From assembly GCA_944384465.1 (NCBI GenBank), contig CALWTK010000005.1, positions 87-64,086 on the forward strand: 64,000 bases of DNA. Reading direction: 5' to 3'. The notes under the pieces were generated by a model. It ran no database searches, was not told where the DNA came from, and saw only the letters and a program-made list of their open reading frames with translations. Source of the stretch: an uncultured Clostridia bacterium. Lineage in GTDB: Bacteria; Bacillota; Clostridia; Christensenellales; UBA1242. This document shows, one piece after another, positions 25,926 through 35,773 of this stretch. Positions within the stretch are counted from its first letter, which is position 1; each line of letters starts with the position of its first letter. The position numbers and the translations under genes were made by a program.

Positions 25926-28736
25926 ATGTTAGAAAATATAGTCGTCAAGGGCGCTAAAGAAAACAATTTAAAAAATATCGATGTGACCATACCTAAAAAT
26001 AAGTTGGTAGTTTTTTCTGGGGTCAGTGGGTGTGGTAAATCTACTCTTGCGTTTGACACTATTTTTGCAGAAGGGCAACGCAGATATATGGAGAGTTTGT
26101 CTAGTTACGCTAGGCAATTTTTAGGGCAGATGAACAAGCCGGATGTAGAAAGCATTGATGGCTTGAGCCCCGCAATTTCAATCGACCAAAAGAGCACGAA
26201 TAACAACCCACGTTCTACAGTGGGCACAATCACTGAGATATATGATTATTTGCGTCTATTATACGCAAGAATTGGTAAACCATATTGTCCTAAGTGCGGA
26301 AAACCAATATCTGTGCAAACGATTGACCAAATTGTTGACAGGTTGATGGAATTACCAGAAGGCACAAAAATGCAAGTCATGGCACCTATAATTCGTGCGC
26401 AAAAAGGTACTCATGAAAAGACCTTGCAGGGACTGAGGAAAGACGGTTACGTGCGTGTGAAAGTTGATGGCGAAATATATTCACTGGACGATAACATCGT
26501 TTTGGAAAAGAACAAACGTCATGATATCTATGTCGTGATAGATAGAATAGTCAAGAAAGATAACATCATCTCAAGACTGACAGAGTCTGTAGAAAAATGT
26601 CTTCAATTGGCGGACGGAATAGTGATAGTCAATGCCAACGGCGAAGATAAACTATATAGTGTCAAATATAGTTGTGTTGATTGCGGTATTTCTATTCCTG
26701 ACATTGAGCCGACATTGTTCAGTTTCAACAATCATGCGGGTGCTTGTCCAAAATGCGGTGGACTAGGATATGTGATCAAAATAAGTGAAAATTCGATTGT
26801 CAAGAACGACAGATTGTCTATCAATGAAGGTGCGTTAGCTGTCATGGGATTCAACATTGACGCAACAGGGATGACGAAAAAGGCACTGATGAAATTAGGT
26901 AAAAAATATAATTTTGATTTAAATACTCCTTATTATAAAATACCTAAAGAAGCGAGAAATGTGCTCATCAATGGCGAGTCGGGAGACAAGGAACTTATAG
27001 CATCTAATCTTCATCAATATTGCGTTCAAAAGGATGCGCTATTTATGGGGATTATTCCTGATCTGTTGCGAAGATTTCAGGAGTCTCAAAGCGAATATGT
27101 AAAAGAAGAGATCTACAAACTGATGACAGAAGATACCTGTCCGGAGTGTTTAGGCAAAAGGCTAAACCCAAGTGCTTTATCTATCAAGATTGAGAAAAAA
27201 AGTATAGCAGATGTCTGTGATATGTCAATCAGCAAACTATATGCGTTCATCAGTTCACTGAAACTTACCGAGACAGAGCAGATGATTGCGTCTAGCATCA
27301 TAAAGGAAATTACCTCGAGACTTTCGTTTTTGATAAATGTAGGATTGACATATCTGACTCTATCTAGACGTGCGGGGACTCTTTCTGGTGGGGAATCTCA
27401 ACGTATTAGATTGGCGACCCAAATAGGCAGTGGCTTGAGTGGAGTGTTGTATATACTAGACGAACCAAGCATAGGCTTGCATCAACGTGACAATGATAGA
27501 TTGATAGACACGCTGAAAAATTTGCGCGATTTGGGCAATACATTGATTGTCGTAGAGCATGACGAAGACACTATCAGGCAGGCGGACTACATTGTGGATA
27601 TTGGTCCGTTCGCCGGGACTCACGGTGGGACTGTGGTAGCACAGGGAAGTGTGCAAGATTTGATCAGCAGTAAAGACTCTATCACGGGTAAATTTTTGTC
27701 AGGCGAGATGAAAATTGAAGTGCCAAAACAAAGGCGTGAGACAAAAAACGGATATATCCGTCTCTTGGGCTGTAGAGAACACAATATTGATGATTTGGAT
27801 GTTGCCATTCCACGTGGAGTATTGACATGCGTGACGGGAGTGAGCGGTAGCGGTAAATCTACACTAGTAAATGACATATTCTATAGAGCATTATTTAATA
27901 AAATCAACAGACGAGACAAGGAAAACAACATAACCGAAATATTAGGCATTGAAGACATTGACAAAGTTATTCAAATAGACCAAACTCCTATTGGCAGAAC
28001 TCCAAGAAGTAATCCGGCGACATATTCGGGCGTGTTTACGAAAATTCGTGAGCTATTCGCTTCAACCCCTTCGGCAAAAGAGAAGGGGTTTGATATGGGC
28101 AAATTTAGCTTCAATGTGGAAGGCGGAAGATGCGAAGCATGTTGCGGAGATGGGGTGAAACGTCTGAGAATGTATTTTATGGCAGACGTCTACGTCCCTT
28201 GCGAAGTGTGTGGCGGAAAGAGATATTCACGTGAAGTACTGGACGTGAAATACAAAGGTAAAAACATTTACGACGTGTTGGAAATGACAATTGATGAAGC
28301 ATACGAATTCTTTGATGCAGTACCGCAAATCAAAAGTAAATTGCAAACATTGGTAGATGTGGGGCTAGGTTATATCAAATTGGGGCAAAGTGCGACCACG
28401 TTGAGTGGTGGAGAGGCTCAAAGGTTGAAGCTGGCGACCGAACTGTCAAAACGTGACACGGGTAATACAGTATATATTCTTGACGAACCTACGACAGGTT
28501 TGCACGCATATGATGTCAAACGCCTTGTGGATATATTGCAACGTTTGGTAGGCAAGGGAAACACTGTTGTCGTAATAGAACATAATCTTGATGTCGTAAA
28601 GACTGCTGACTACATTATAGACATGGGTCCAGAAGGCGGAGAAGGAGGCGGAAAGATTGTGGCGGCGGGCACTCCTGAAGAAATCTGCAAAGTGAAAAAT
28701 AGCTATACAGGGATGTATTTGAAAAAGATGGTGTAG
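25926..28736 (+). CDS. uvrA: excinuclease ABC subunit A
   Basis: 936 aa with two ABC modules (Walker A 'GVSGCGKST' and 'GVSGSGKST'; signatures 'LSGGESQR' and 'LSGGEAQR') and Cys4 zinc modules. Confidence 0.97.
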   Translation: MLENIVVKGAKENNLKNIDVTIPKNKLVVFSGVSGCGKSTLAFDTIFAEGQRRYMESLSSYARQFLGQMNKPDVESIDGLSPAISIDQKSTNNNPRSTVGTITEIYDYLRLLYARIGKPYCPKCGKPISVQTIDQIVDRLMELPEGTKMQVMAPIIRAQKGTHEKTLQGLRKDGYVRVKVDGEIYSLDDNIVLEKNKRHDIYVVIDRIVKKDNIISRLTESVEKCLQLADGIVIVNANGEDKLYSVKYSCVDCGISIPDIEPTLFSFNNHAGACPKCGGLGYVIKISENSIVKNDRLSINEGALAVMGFNIDATGMTKKALMKLGKKYNFDLNTPYYKIPKEARNVLINGESGDKELIASNLHQYCVQKDALFMGIIPDLLRRFQESQSEYVKEEIYKLMTEDTCPECLGKRLNPSALSIKIEKKSIADVCDMSISKLYAFISSLKLTETEQMIASSIIKEITSRLSFLINVGLTYLTLSRRAGTLSGGESQRIRLATQIGSGLSGVLYILDEPSIGLHQRDNDRLIDTLKNLRDLGNTLIVVEHDEDTIRQADYIVDIGPFAGTHGGTVVAQGSVQDLISSKDSITGKFLSGEMKIEVPKQRRETKNGYIRLLGCREHNIDDLDVAIPRGVLTCVTGVSGSGKSTLVNDIFYRALFNKINRRDKENNITEILGIEDIDKVIQIDQTPIGRTPRSNPATYSGVFTKIRELFASTPSAKEKGFDMGKFSFNVEGGRCEACCGDGVKRLRMYFMADVYVPCEVCGGKRYSREVLDVKYKGKNIYDVLEMTIDEAYEFFDAVPQIKSKLQTLVDVGLGYIKLGQSATTLSGGEAQRLKLATELSKRDTGNTVYILDEPTTGLHAYDVKRLVDILQRLVGKGNTVVVIEHNLDVVKTADYIIDMGPEGGEGGGKIVAAGTPEEICKVKNSYTGMYLKKMV

Positions 28737-28737
28737 T

Positions 28738-29055
28738 ATGTTAAAAGAGATAAAAAAATGTTATCACATATTAGATTTGCCATACGATGCTGATATAGAA
28801 CAGATAAAATCGAGGCAAAAATCCTTGATTAAAATGTATCGAGCGAAAGGCATCAGGACAGGAAAATCTTACAAGACTAAAATCAATGAAGTCACCGCTG
28901 CAGGCTATGCTCTTCAAAATTTTGTGAAAGAAAACGGCGTGCAGAAAGCGAGCTTCTTTAATTTTGATACAAACGAAAATGACGTGGCAACGTCCGTATT
29001 TGTGCTGGTTTTGGTGGTTATCGTTTGTACTGTTACATTTTTGATGCTGTTATAG
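28738..29055 (+). CDS. J-domain-like small membrane protein (no HPD motif)
   Basis: 105 aa. N-terminal 'CYHILDLPYDADIEQIKSRQKSLIKMYRA' resembles J-domain helices I-II but lacks HPD. It has a C-terminal TM. The ATG is 1 nt after the uvrA stop. Confidence 0.4.
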   Translation: MLKEIKKCYHILDLPYDADIEQIKSRQKSLIKMYRAKGIRTGKSYKTKINEVTAAGYALQNFVKENGVQKASFFNFDTNENDVATSVFVLVLVVIVCTVTFLMLL

Positions 29056-29436
29056 CAGATTCAACACATCGATGCCATTGGTTTGATTCAGTCCTTTTAT
29101 GTTATAGGCCAAAATTCTCGAGTAGGTTATGGCGTCTTCTTGGTTTTCATTAATCATAGCAGAATATAGATACTGCAAATAGTCGGATACGACTTGTAAA
29201 TCTTTTCGTGAAATGGATATACACAATATATCCATTTTTTCTGTCCAATAATCATCTAGATTTTTTATCTGTTCTTGTAGATTTTCGTCAGTGATATCTG
29301 TCGATAAAACTTTTTCGTATATTGCCATGCTATCGTTTTCTAACCTTTCAAAGACGCGATTGGTATGTACGCCATCCCAGGCGCAAAGTCCTATGACGGC
29401 AATTAACAGGATGAGCATTGGTATCCATGTTTTCAT
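29050..29436 (-). CDS. DUF4363-like small membrane protein
   Basis: 128 aa with an N-terminal TM and a helical body. It sits immediately downstream of, and overlaps by 4 nt, a DUF421 gene, which is the usual pairing. Confidence 0.55.
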   Translation of the reverse strand: MKTWIPMLILLIAVIGLCAWDGVHTNRVFERLENDSMAIYEKVLSTDITDENLQEQIKNLDDYWTEKMDILCISISRKDLQVVSDYLQYLYSAMINENQEDAITYSRILAYNIKGLNQTNGIDVLNLL

Positions 29437-30149
29437 AGTTTCACTTCCTTTTTTATGTCTTCTATCAATTGAAATTTCTCGCCCTTCTTTTGATAATAGG
29501 TTTTCCCTTCGCTATCTATGGATAGAATGATTAGATCTTTCAAGGATTTTATTTTTATATAATTGAGGATTTTATTCAATTTTTTGTTGTCCAAATCCAC
29601 TAATTTCATCTCTTCTTTGATTATTTTTCCGTCTGATATTATCACGTGTGGCAGTTTTGCGGGCGGATTTTGTATGTTGAAATCTTGAGCAGTGGTGGGA
29701 GAGCAGGCGCTGGTAGGTATCACACTCATCTTTCCGTTAGTTTCAATGATAGCATAAAGGATTTGGTCAAAACTATAAAAGTTACACTGGCGAATTGATT
29801 CTAGTAGGTCGTCTATGTTCATATTTAATTCTTTCAGGGCTTTGTATTCAATTCCATTAGGGCTGATGACGACTACAGGTCGTCCGCTCATAAACCGTCT
29901 AATTTTTATGTTTTTTCTTGTCAAAAGTGTGATTATATAATGAATTAGCACCAACACTGCTAAAGGTAATATGCCATTAAATAGTGGAATATTAGTGTCA
30001 CTCATTGGCACAGTAGCTAGGTCCGCTATGATCAAGGTTATGACCACTTCGTAGGGTTGCATTTCACCAATTTGGCGCTTGCCCATCAACCTTAAAAACA
30101 CCAATACAGTTATATAAATTATCAAAACTCTCAAAAATATTACAAACAT
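29433..30149 (-). CDS. DUF421 (YetF-like) membrane protein
   Basis: 238 aa. 'FLRLMGKRQIGEMQPYEVVITLIIADLA' is the characteristic DUF421 N-terminal signature. Confidence 0.78.
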   Translation of the reverse strand: MFVIFLRVLIIYITVLVFLRLMGKRQIGEMQPYEVVITLIIADLATVPMSDTNIPLFNGILPLAVLVLIHYIITLLTRKNIKIRRFMSGRPVVVISPNGIEYKALKELNMNIDDLLESIRQCNFYSFDQILYAIIETNGKMSVIPTSACSPTTAQDFNIQNPPAKLPHVIISDGKIIKEEMKLVDLDNKKLNKILNYIKIKSLKDLIILSIDSEGKTYYQKKGEKFQLIEDIKKEVKL

Positions 30150-30237
30150 ACTATAATTATGTTCAATATAGATGTTTTTATACTAAAGCGGATGCTACAA
30201 AATGAAAATGAAAAAATTGCTAAAATCTTAGCAATTT

Positions 30238-31749
30238 TTATGTGTTTTTTCTGTTTTTCTTCTTAATAATAGATAAAAGTTGAGAAAAATCATATAATTT
30301 AAATATCTTACACAAGACGACTGTTGCTACTATGCTGATACCGCCACCTATACATGCTGAAATAAAATTGTTGAATACCACTAAACTTATATTGGATATA
30401 AAATGTCCCAAAAGGCTGGACGGGATGACGATTAGCGAATATTTGAAAGTGGTCTGAATTAAATTAAATTTCAAATCAGGCAAGACTTTTTTGATTTTTC
30501 TAATATTTAATAAACTGATTGTGCCCATTGAAAGTAGTTGCGAGATTATGACCGAATTTATCCCTAGCATCGGGGTGAATATAATGAGACTTGCGAACAA
30601 GACAGCCGAGCCAATTATGTAGTTTATAAAGGATTTCACTTCTAAATTCAGTGCGTTTAGGATACTTCCCGTCAAGTTGCACAATGTGATAGGCAACACA
30701 CATACAGCAGACAGTTGAAGTAGGACGCCGGATAGGGCATTGTCATATAGGACTAGACCAATCAAATCGCCCACTGACAAATAGAGTGGGATAAATAGCA
30801 TGCTGATAAATACGGACACATCTATTGACTTAGTTACGTTTTCTTGGATAGTGTTATATTGCTTTTGACTCATCATAGAACTGATGGAAGGAATTAGGAC
30901 CATGCTGATACTGCCTATGATAGACATAGGTACAAACAGCATAGGGAAGGTCATACCCATGATGACGCCAAAGCTTGACACTGCTTCACTGGTGGAATAT
31001 CCGGATAGTATCAACATGCTAGGGATGATAAGGGTGGTCAGGGGTTGTACAAGGGAGCTAGCGAGACGAACTCCTGTGATAGGGGTGGCACTTTTCAATA
31101 CATTTCTGTATTCGCCGGGTTTGAAATTCAATTTTGAATGTCTGAAGTAAATAAAGATTGTAATCAGTGCGGAGCATAAGCAGGTGATATTGAAAGCTAT
31201 GGCAGAGTATTCGGTGGCGACAAAATAATCAGTTATCGTAAATAGCATTATAAATGTCAAAGCAAAACGAATGATCTGTTCCAACAATTCTGTCAGTCCG
31301 CAGTTGAAATAGTCATTTTGCCCCCACATGGCGCCACGAAAGACGGCATATATTGCACTGAAAATCACAGAAGGGATCATTATTATCAGCAATTCCACCG
31401 CACGACTATCTGTCAAGATAATGCCCCAAACATATTTCAGAGCAAAGATTATTAGCGAACTCAAAATCGCTATAGATAGGGCGATGATAAGAGCAGAGGA
31501 TACCACTTGATTTCTTTTCTTCAATTCGTTGTTGACTTCATATTTAGACACGAGTTTTGCTGTGGTCAAAGGTATACCGCTAGACACAAGTGTCATAAAA
31601 ATACCTAAAACCGAACTCGCCATTTGAAATAGTCCTACTCCTTCAGCACCCAATTTTCTTGAAAGGAAAATTCTAAAAAAGAAGCCTAGAGCTCGCGTTA
31701 TTACTGAAAATATTGTAATTGTAGCGACTGCTTTAAAAATTGATTTCAT
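30238..31749 (-). CDS. MOP-superfamily flippase, SpoVB / polysaccharide-biosynthesis-protein type
   Basis: About 503 aa from the internal ATG at 31749 ('MKSIFKAVATITIFSVITRALGFFFRIFLSRKLGAEGVGLFQMAS' matches SpoVB/MurJ-type N-termini). Polytopic membrane protein. The track start at 31833 adds 28 non-homologous residues. Confidence 0.78.
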   Translation of the reverse strand: MKSIFKAVATITIFSVITRALGFFFRIFLSRKLGAEGVGLFQMASSVLGIFMTLVSSGIPLTTAKLVSKYEVNNELKKRNQVVSSALIIALSIAILSSLIIFALKYVWGIILTDSRAVELLIIMIPSVIFSAIYAVFRGAMWGQNDYFNCGLTELLEQIIRFALTFIMLFTITDYFVATEYSAIAFNITCLCSALITIFIYFRHSKLNFKPGEYRNVLKSATPITGVRLASSLVQPLTTLIIPSMLILSGYSTSEAVSSFGVIMGMTFPMLFVPMSIIGSISMVLIPSISSMMSQKQYNTIQENVTKSIDVSVFISMLFIPLYLSVGDLIGLVLYDNALSGVLLQLSAVCVLPITLCNLTGSILNALNLEVKSFINYIIGSAVLFASLIIFTPMLGINSVIISQLLSMGTISLLNIRKIKKVLPDLKFNLIQTTFKYSLIVIPSSLLGHFISNISLVVFNNFISACIGGGISIVATVVLCKIFKLYDFSQLLSIIKKKNRKNT

Positions 31750-31867
31750 ACTTGTCCTAAAATAATATATATCAAAATTCAAAAAGATATGATATTGAAG
31801 TAACTTTTCTGGGTGCACTTTATATTCAGACAATCAACTTTTTTTGCCTCCGTGAATAAATATAAAT

Positions 31868-32182
31868 ATGGAAATAACAATTGCTGATGAATTTTATTAT
31901 AGAATTGGACAAAACGAAGATGAAAAAAGCATCTCTATAAAGTACAATACAAACAAATCAAATATAATTCGCAACAATTCCAAACTAAAATATTATGACG
32001 GCGAGTGGGTCAAGATCAAGGTCAACGACTATATAAGTCATTTTGTAAAACCAATGGAGACACTCGATAAAATTGCGTCAATCTACAATATGGACAAAGA
32101 AAAATTGAAAGCGGACAATTCACTTTCAGTAGACAAATTGTATATAGGGCAGTTGATAAAGATATATAAAAAAGTGCCATAA
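31868..32182 (+). CDS. LysM domain protein
   Basis: 104 aa with a C-terminal LysM pattern 'HFVKPMETLDKIASIYNMDKEKLKADNSLSVDKLYIGQLIKI'. Confidence 0.7.
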   Translation: MEITIADEFYYRIGQNEDEKSISIKYNTNKSNIIRNNSKLKYYDGEWVKIKVNDYISHFVKPMETLDKIASIYNMDKEKLKADNSLSVDKLYIGQLIKIYKKVP

Positions 32183-32200
32183 AGGCACTTTTCTATTTGA
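32170..32200. terminator. hairpin terminator between the LysM gene and the convergent surface-protein gene
   Basis: AAGTGCC-ATAAA-GGCACTT (the LysM stop codon is in the loop) followed by TTTCTATTT. Confidence 0.65.
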
Positions 32201-32215
32201 ATACTGATTTTTGCA

Positions 32216-35200
32216 TTACGAATTTGCATCTTGATCAATAGTCTCTTCGTTAGAAGGTTCATTTGCTAATTTCTTTGCCAGACTGTTTAAATATGGTTCA
32301 GATTTCACATACTCAATTTCATTTTGCAATTTTTCTATTGTGACGCCGATATTGGCAGAAAGTTTTTGATTTTTCTTCATGTCTTTTTGCAGTTTCACAA
32401 TATCATTAGGGTTGCTGCGCTTGATCTTCATATCACGTAGAGTCGCTAAATCTTTCTTGTAATCATTTTCATATTGAGCACGTTGATTTGTAAGTTCTTC
32501 TATCTCTTTTTTCAATTCGCGTATCTTTGCTTCGCGCATAGATGTCGCTTTCCTCATATATACTTGACGTGATACCGTTCTATCTCTATCATATTCATTT
32601 TTAGATTTTTTACGTGGTTTTTTCCATTTAATTTTTCTGACCAATACGCCAACAATAGCAATTACTATAGCTAGAGCGAACAACAAAGTTGGAATATAAT
32701 AGATCCAGTTATTGTTTGAGTCTGGAGAAGTGCTTGAATCAGTTGAGTCATCAGTAGTATCATCTTCAGTAGTTGAACTTACCGTGTTCAAAACCTTAGT
32801 ATATTCATTTTCGTTGATTCCATCGAAATCAGTCAGACTATCGTCAAATTCGATGTTTCCGAAGAATACATCCCCCATTGTGCCAGCTTGAGCACTGCCT
32901 AGAGATAATTGAAGGTAAGTTGTAACATCACTGTCAGGACTGATATAGAAAGTATAAGTGGTCCATGTGTTGTCTGAAACTATCTGTGTGAAGGTGTTAT
33001 CAAAGCCAGATAGAGAGATGCTCGCACCCATCAATTCACTGTCGACACCCTCGGTCAATAATTGTAGATTTTGGGTGTAGACTGATACGCTGATTCTATA
33101 ATAAGAGCCGGAGGTTAAATCAAATCCTATGTTTGAAGTGTAAGTGTAGTACACTTCTTCCATAGAACGGATTGCTAACACCTGCCTATTTTCTCCCGCA
33201 AGAGAAGTGAAGCTGACGAAGTTTTCAGGATTAGCTATCACTTGATTTAGAGCTGCTGTGTTTTCTAGATCAACCACCCCAGCGAATACAGCGTCGTTGT
33301 TAGAACCTGTAAAATAGTCAGGAGTAGAGAATGGACTAGAACTAGAACTGCTTGATGAAGATATCATATTGGATAAATCAGATTTGATAACTGTAGCCGA
33401 ATTTGTGATTGAGTTGAACACATCTTCAGTAGGTTGGATTAAATAATCAAACATCGTGTTGTCAACATAAGCGTAGGCATAGTTGTCGCTATCCAATGTT
33501 ATCTTTAATGAAACGTCCAATTCTTGATAGCCAGTGTAGATATACATCTCTACTGTACGCCATTGTTGTAAATTTGTCTCTACTGTGATGGAAGAGAGGA
33601 CCACTTCTTGTTCATCCTTTGTTGTAACTAGTGACAAGGTCACTGGCGAATTTTGTGTCTGAACTTGTGCTGTGAATTTATGATAAGTCTTGGCACTCAA
33701 TGTCTTCGCTGTTGAGGTATAACTCAATGTGTCGCTACTAGCATTGTAGAGCATCAATACATTGTTGCCTGATACACTCCCATCTGGGTTAGTTGGATTT
33801 AGTAGGTTAGTATATTGACTAGCATCTAGCATGTCAAATTGACTGGTGTTGATTATGCCATATTTTTGTTCACCTTCACCGGTTGATACCGTCCATGCTT
33901 CCGCGCCTGCAGGGTAAGGGTTATTATAATCTTCAATATTTAAAAAATTGAAATTTCCGTTATCTAGCATTATTTCACTGCTAGAGAATACATAGTCTGT
34001 AGTTAAATCTACTTTAGCAATTGTTGTGCCAGATGTAGCACTTGAAAATGTGTCATAGTTTACTTTGGTCAATGTGATATTAGTGATATATAGTGATCCT
34101 GTAGTCGTGGTCTCTTCATCTCCCAAACCAACAATCAATTTATATGTTGTAGATTTTGTAGGGTAGGAGTTGATAAAGAAGGTATATTCATCGTAGTTGT
34201 TAGATAGATTATCGCTTGAACCCGTGTCCGAACTGATAGACAATATATCACTATCTACCGCTTCTTCATCGTCGTCTAAATTAGTTTGAAGCAATTGTAG
34301 ATTAGCGCTTCCTGATAGATCTAGAGTTTTCACACTGATTGTCAATTTGTATATAGTGTTTTGATCTAACGTCAAGAAATCGTCAGATGTGGCATACTTT
34401 GCAAAAGTAGCTTGCTTGTTCACTATTTTAAAAGCGGTGTTCTTGCTGCCATCACTTGCTTCAATGTCGTCTGTGTTGTTTACGACAGTCGCCATTGTGT
34501 AGTCTGGTGTATTTTTTCCTTGCTCAAATTCGTACCCGCTAAACAAGTTTGATACATCATATTCATTTACGACATTGTCCACTTCGTTGATATAAGTGTA
34601 GGTAGATGCGTTTGTCGCATTCATCCTAGAGGTTAGTGTTTTGTCATTTAATTCATAGGCTGATATGTTGTCAAACAGTACTACACCCGCTCTTTTGATG
34701 TAAAGACCCAATTTTAGGCTTAAATCTTCAATGTTGTTAGTCGTTATAAAGAAGGTATAAGTCGTCCATACATTTTTTGAACTGATATTGTCAATCGAGG
34801 CATAAACTTTGTTGTCTTCATCAAAAAGGTACAAACTAGCCATACCATAATTGTTGGAATTTTCGTCGTTATAAGTATAGACATCTACAGAAATAGAGTA
34901 GTTACTTCCAGCAGATAGAGAAATGTTTCTATCTGTTGTGTATCCAAAGTTTACGTTGTTGCCTTGGCTTTCAATCATCAATACATAGTCATCGTTAGAG
35001 TACGGATTTTTGCTGTAGTCAGAATATTCCTCTTCATCTAGATTGATGACTCCTGCTTCAACACCTGCGGTGTCAATATCTTGACTTGCAGTAAAGCTAT
35101 TAGGGGCGAAAGGATATTCATTATCTGTATTTGAATTGAAATTCGAATTATCTATTGAAATAGGAGATGAGCCTTGCAAATTGGCAGCATAGACGTCAAT

Positions 35201-35305
35201 GCTATCCTTGCATACATTGATCAAGCCCACATTCGCCAATAGTATTAAGATCAATGATAAAAAATATGATAAAATAATTTTTAGTGATTTCTTCTTTGTT
35301 TTCAT
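32216..35305 (-). CDS. large surface protein with four CBM/jelly-roll-like modules, TM anchor and cytoplasmic coiled-coil tail
   Basis: About 1029 aa from the ATG at 35305 (SD AGAGGT; 'MKTKKKSLKIILSYFLSLILILLANVG' signal). Four modules each end in a 'W.TY.F.I...' strand pattern. The TM 'WIYYIPTLLFALAIVIAIVGVLV' is followed by a ~150-aa K/E-rich coiled-coil tail. No LPXTG. Confidence 0.8.
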   Translation of the reverse strand: MKTKKKSLKIILSYFLSLILILLANVGLINVCKDSIDVYAANLQGSSPISIDNSNFNSNTDNEYPFAPNSFTASQDIDTAGVEAGVINLDEEEYSDYSKNPYSNDDYVLMIESQGNNVNFGYTTDRNISLSAGSNYSISVDVYTYNDENSNNYGMASLYLFDEDNKVYASIDNISSKNVWTTYTFFITTNNIEDLSLKLGLYIKRAGVVLFDNISAYELNDKTLTSRMNATNASTYTYINEVDNVVNEYDVSNLFSGYEFEQGKNTPDYTMATVVNNTDDIEASDGSKNTAFKIVNKQATFAKYATSDDFLTLDQNTIYKLTISVKTLDLSGSANLQLLQTNLDDDEEAVDSDILSISSDTGSSDNLSNNYDEYTFFINSYPTKSTTYKLIVGLGDEETTTTGSLYITNITLTKVNYDTFSSATSGTTIAKVDLTTDYVFSSSEIMLDNGNFNFLNIEDYNNPYPAGAEAWTVSTGEGEQKYGIINTSQFDMLDASQYTNLLNPTNPDGSVSGNNVLMLYNASSDTLSYTSTAKTLSAKTYHKFTAQVQTQNSPVTLSLVTTKDEQEVVLSSITVETNLQQWRTVEMYIYTGYQELDVSLKITLDSDNYAYAYVDNTMFDYLIQPTEDVFNSITNSATVIKSDLSNMISSSSSSSSSPFSTPDYFTGSNNDAVFAGVVDLENTAALNQVIANPENFVSFTSLAGENRQVLAIRSMEEVYYTYTSNIGFDLTSGSYYRISVSVYTQNLQLLTEGVDSELMGASISLSGFDNTFTQIVSDNTWTTYTFYISPDSDVTTYLQLSLGSAQAGTMGDVFFGNIEFDDSLTDFDGINENEYTKVLNTVSSTTEDDTTDDSTDSSTSPDSNNNWIYYIPTLLFALAIVIAIVGVLVRKIKWKKPRKKSKNEYDRDRTVSRQVYMRKATSMREAKIRELKKEIEELTNQRAQYENDYKKDLATLRDMKIKRSNPNDIVKLQKDMKKNQKLSANIGVTIEKLQNEIEYVKSEPYLNSLAKKLANEPSNEETIDQDANS

Positions 35306-35342
35306 TTTTACCTCTTTGATAATTATTGCTGTAAACTTAAAT

Positions 35343-35371
35343 ATTATAATATAAAAATAAAAAAAAGGCAA
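35343..35371 (-). promoter_or_regulatory. promoter of the ~1029-aa surface protein gene, T8 tract in the spacer
   Basis: On the minus strand: TTGCCT (35371-35366), 17 nt, TATAAT (35348-35343). The spacer begins with T8 (A8 on the + strand, 35359-35366). Confidence 0.55.
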
Positions 35372-35403
35372 ATATTTTTATATCAAAAGCGAACAATAAC
35401 CGT

Positions 35404-35766
35404 ATGAAAAAGGTTAAAAAAATCTACATAGTTTTGTTTGGGGCATTAATAGGGGTTATAAATGGATTTTTTGGTGGCGGAGGCGGGATGATCGTTGTGC
35501 CATTACTCACTAAAATGTTCGGTTTGGAGCAGAAAAAAGCGCAGGCAACCGCGCTCTTTATCATATTACCAATCAGTTTAGTCAGCAGTATAGTGTACTT
35601 GTGCTATCATTCGATAAATTTTTCGGAAGGATGGCCAGTAATTGTGGGGATTATTGCGGGTGGAGTAATAGGTGCCACCATGCTAAATAAGATGAACAAT
35701 AAAGTCGTCAAAGGAATTTTCATTTTCTTTATGTTTTTAGGCGGCGTAGGAATGTTGATATGGTAG
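35404..35766 (+). CDS. TauE/SafE-family (DUF81) anion exporter, half-size subunit 1
   Basis: 120 aa, about 4 TM, with the 'GFFGGGGGMIVVPLL' motif typical of each TauE repeat. Confidence 0.72.
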   Translation: MKKVKKIYIVLFGALIGVINGFFGGGGGMIVVPLLTKMFGLEQKKAQATALFIILPISLVSSIVYLCYHSINFSEGWPVIVGIIAGGVIGATMLNKMNNKVVKGIFIFFMFLGGVGMLIW

Positions 35767-35773
35767 GTGAAAT

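Noticed and set aside
28738-29055. DnaJ-like co-chaperone downstream of uvrA.
   Set aside because: Only helix I/II-like similarity is present and the essential HPD tripeptide is absent. I kept it as a low-confidence 'J-like' membrane protein, not a functional J-protein.
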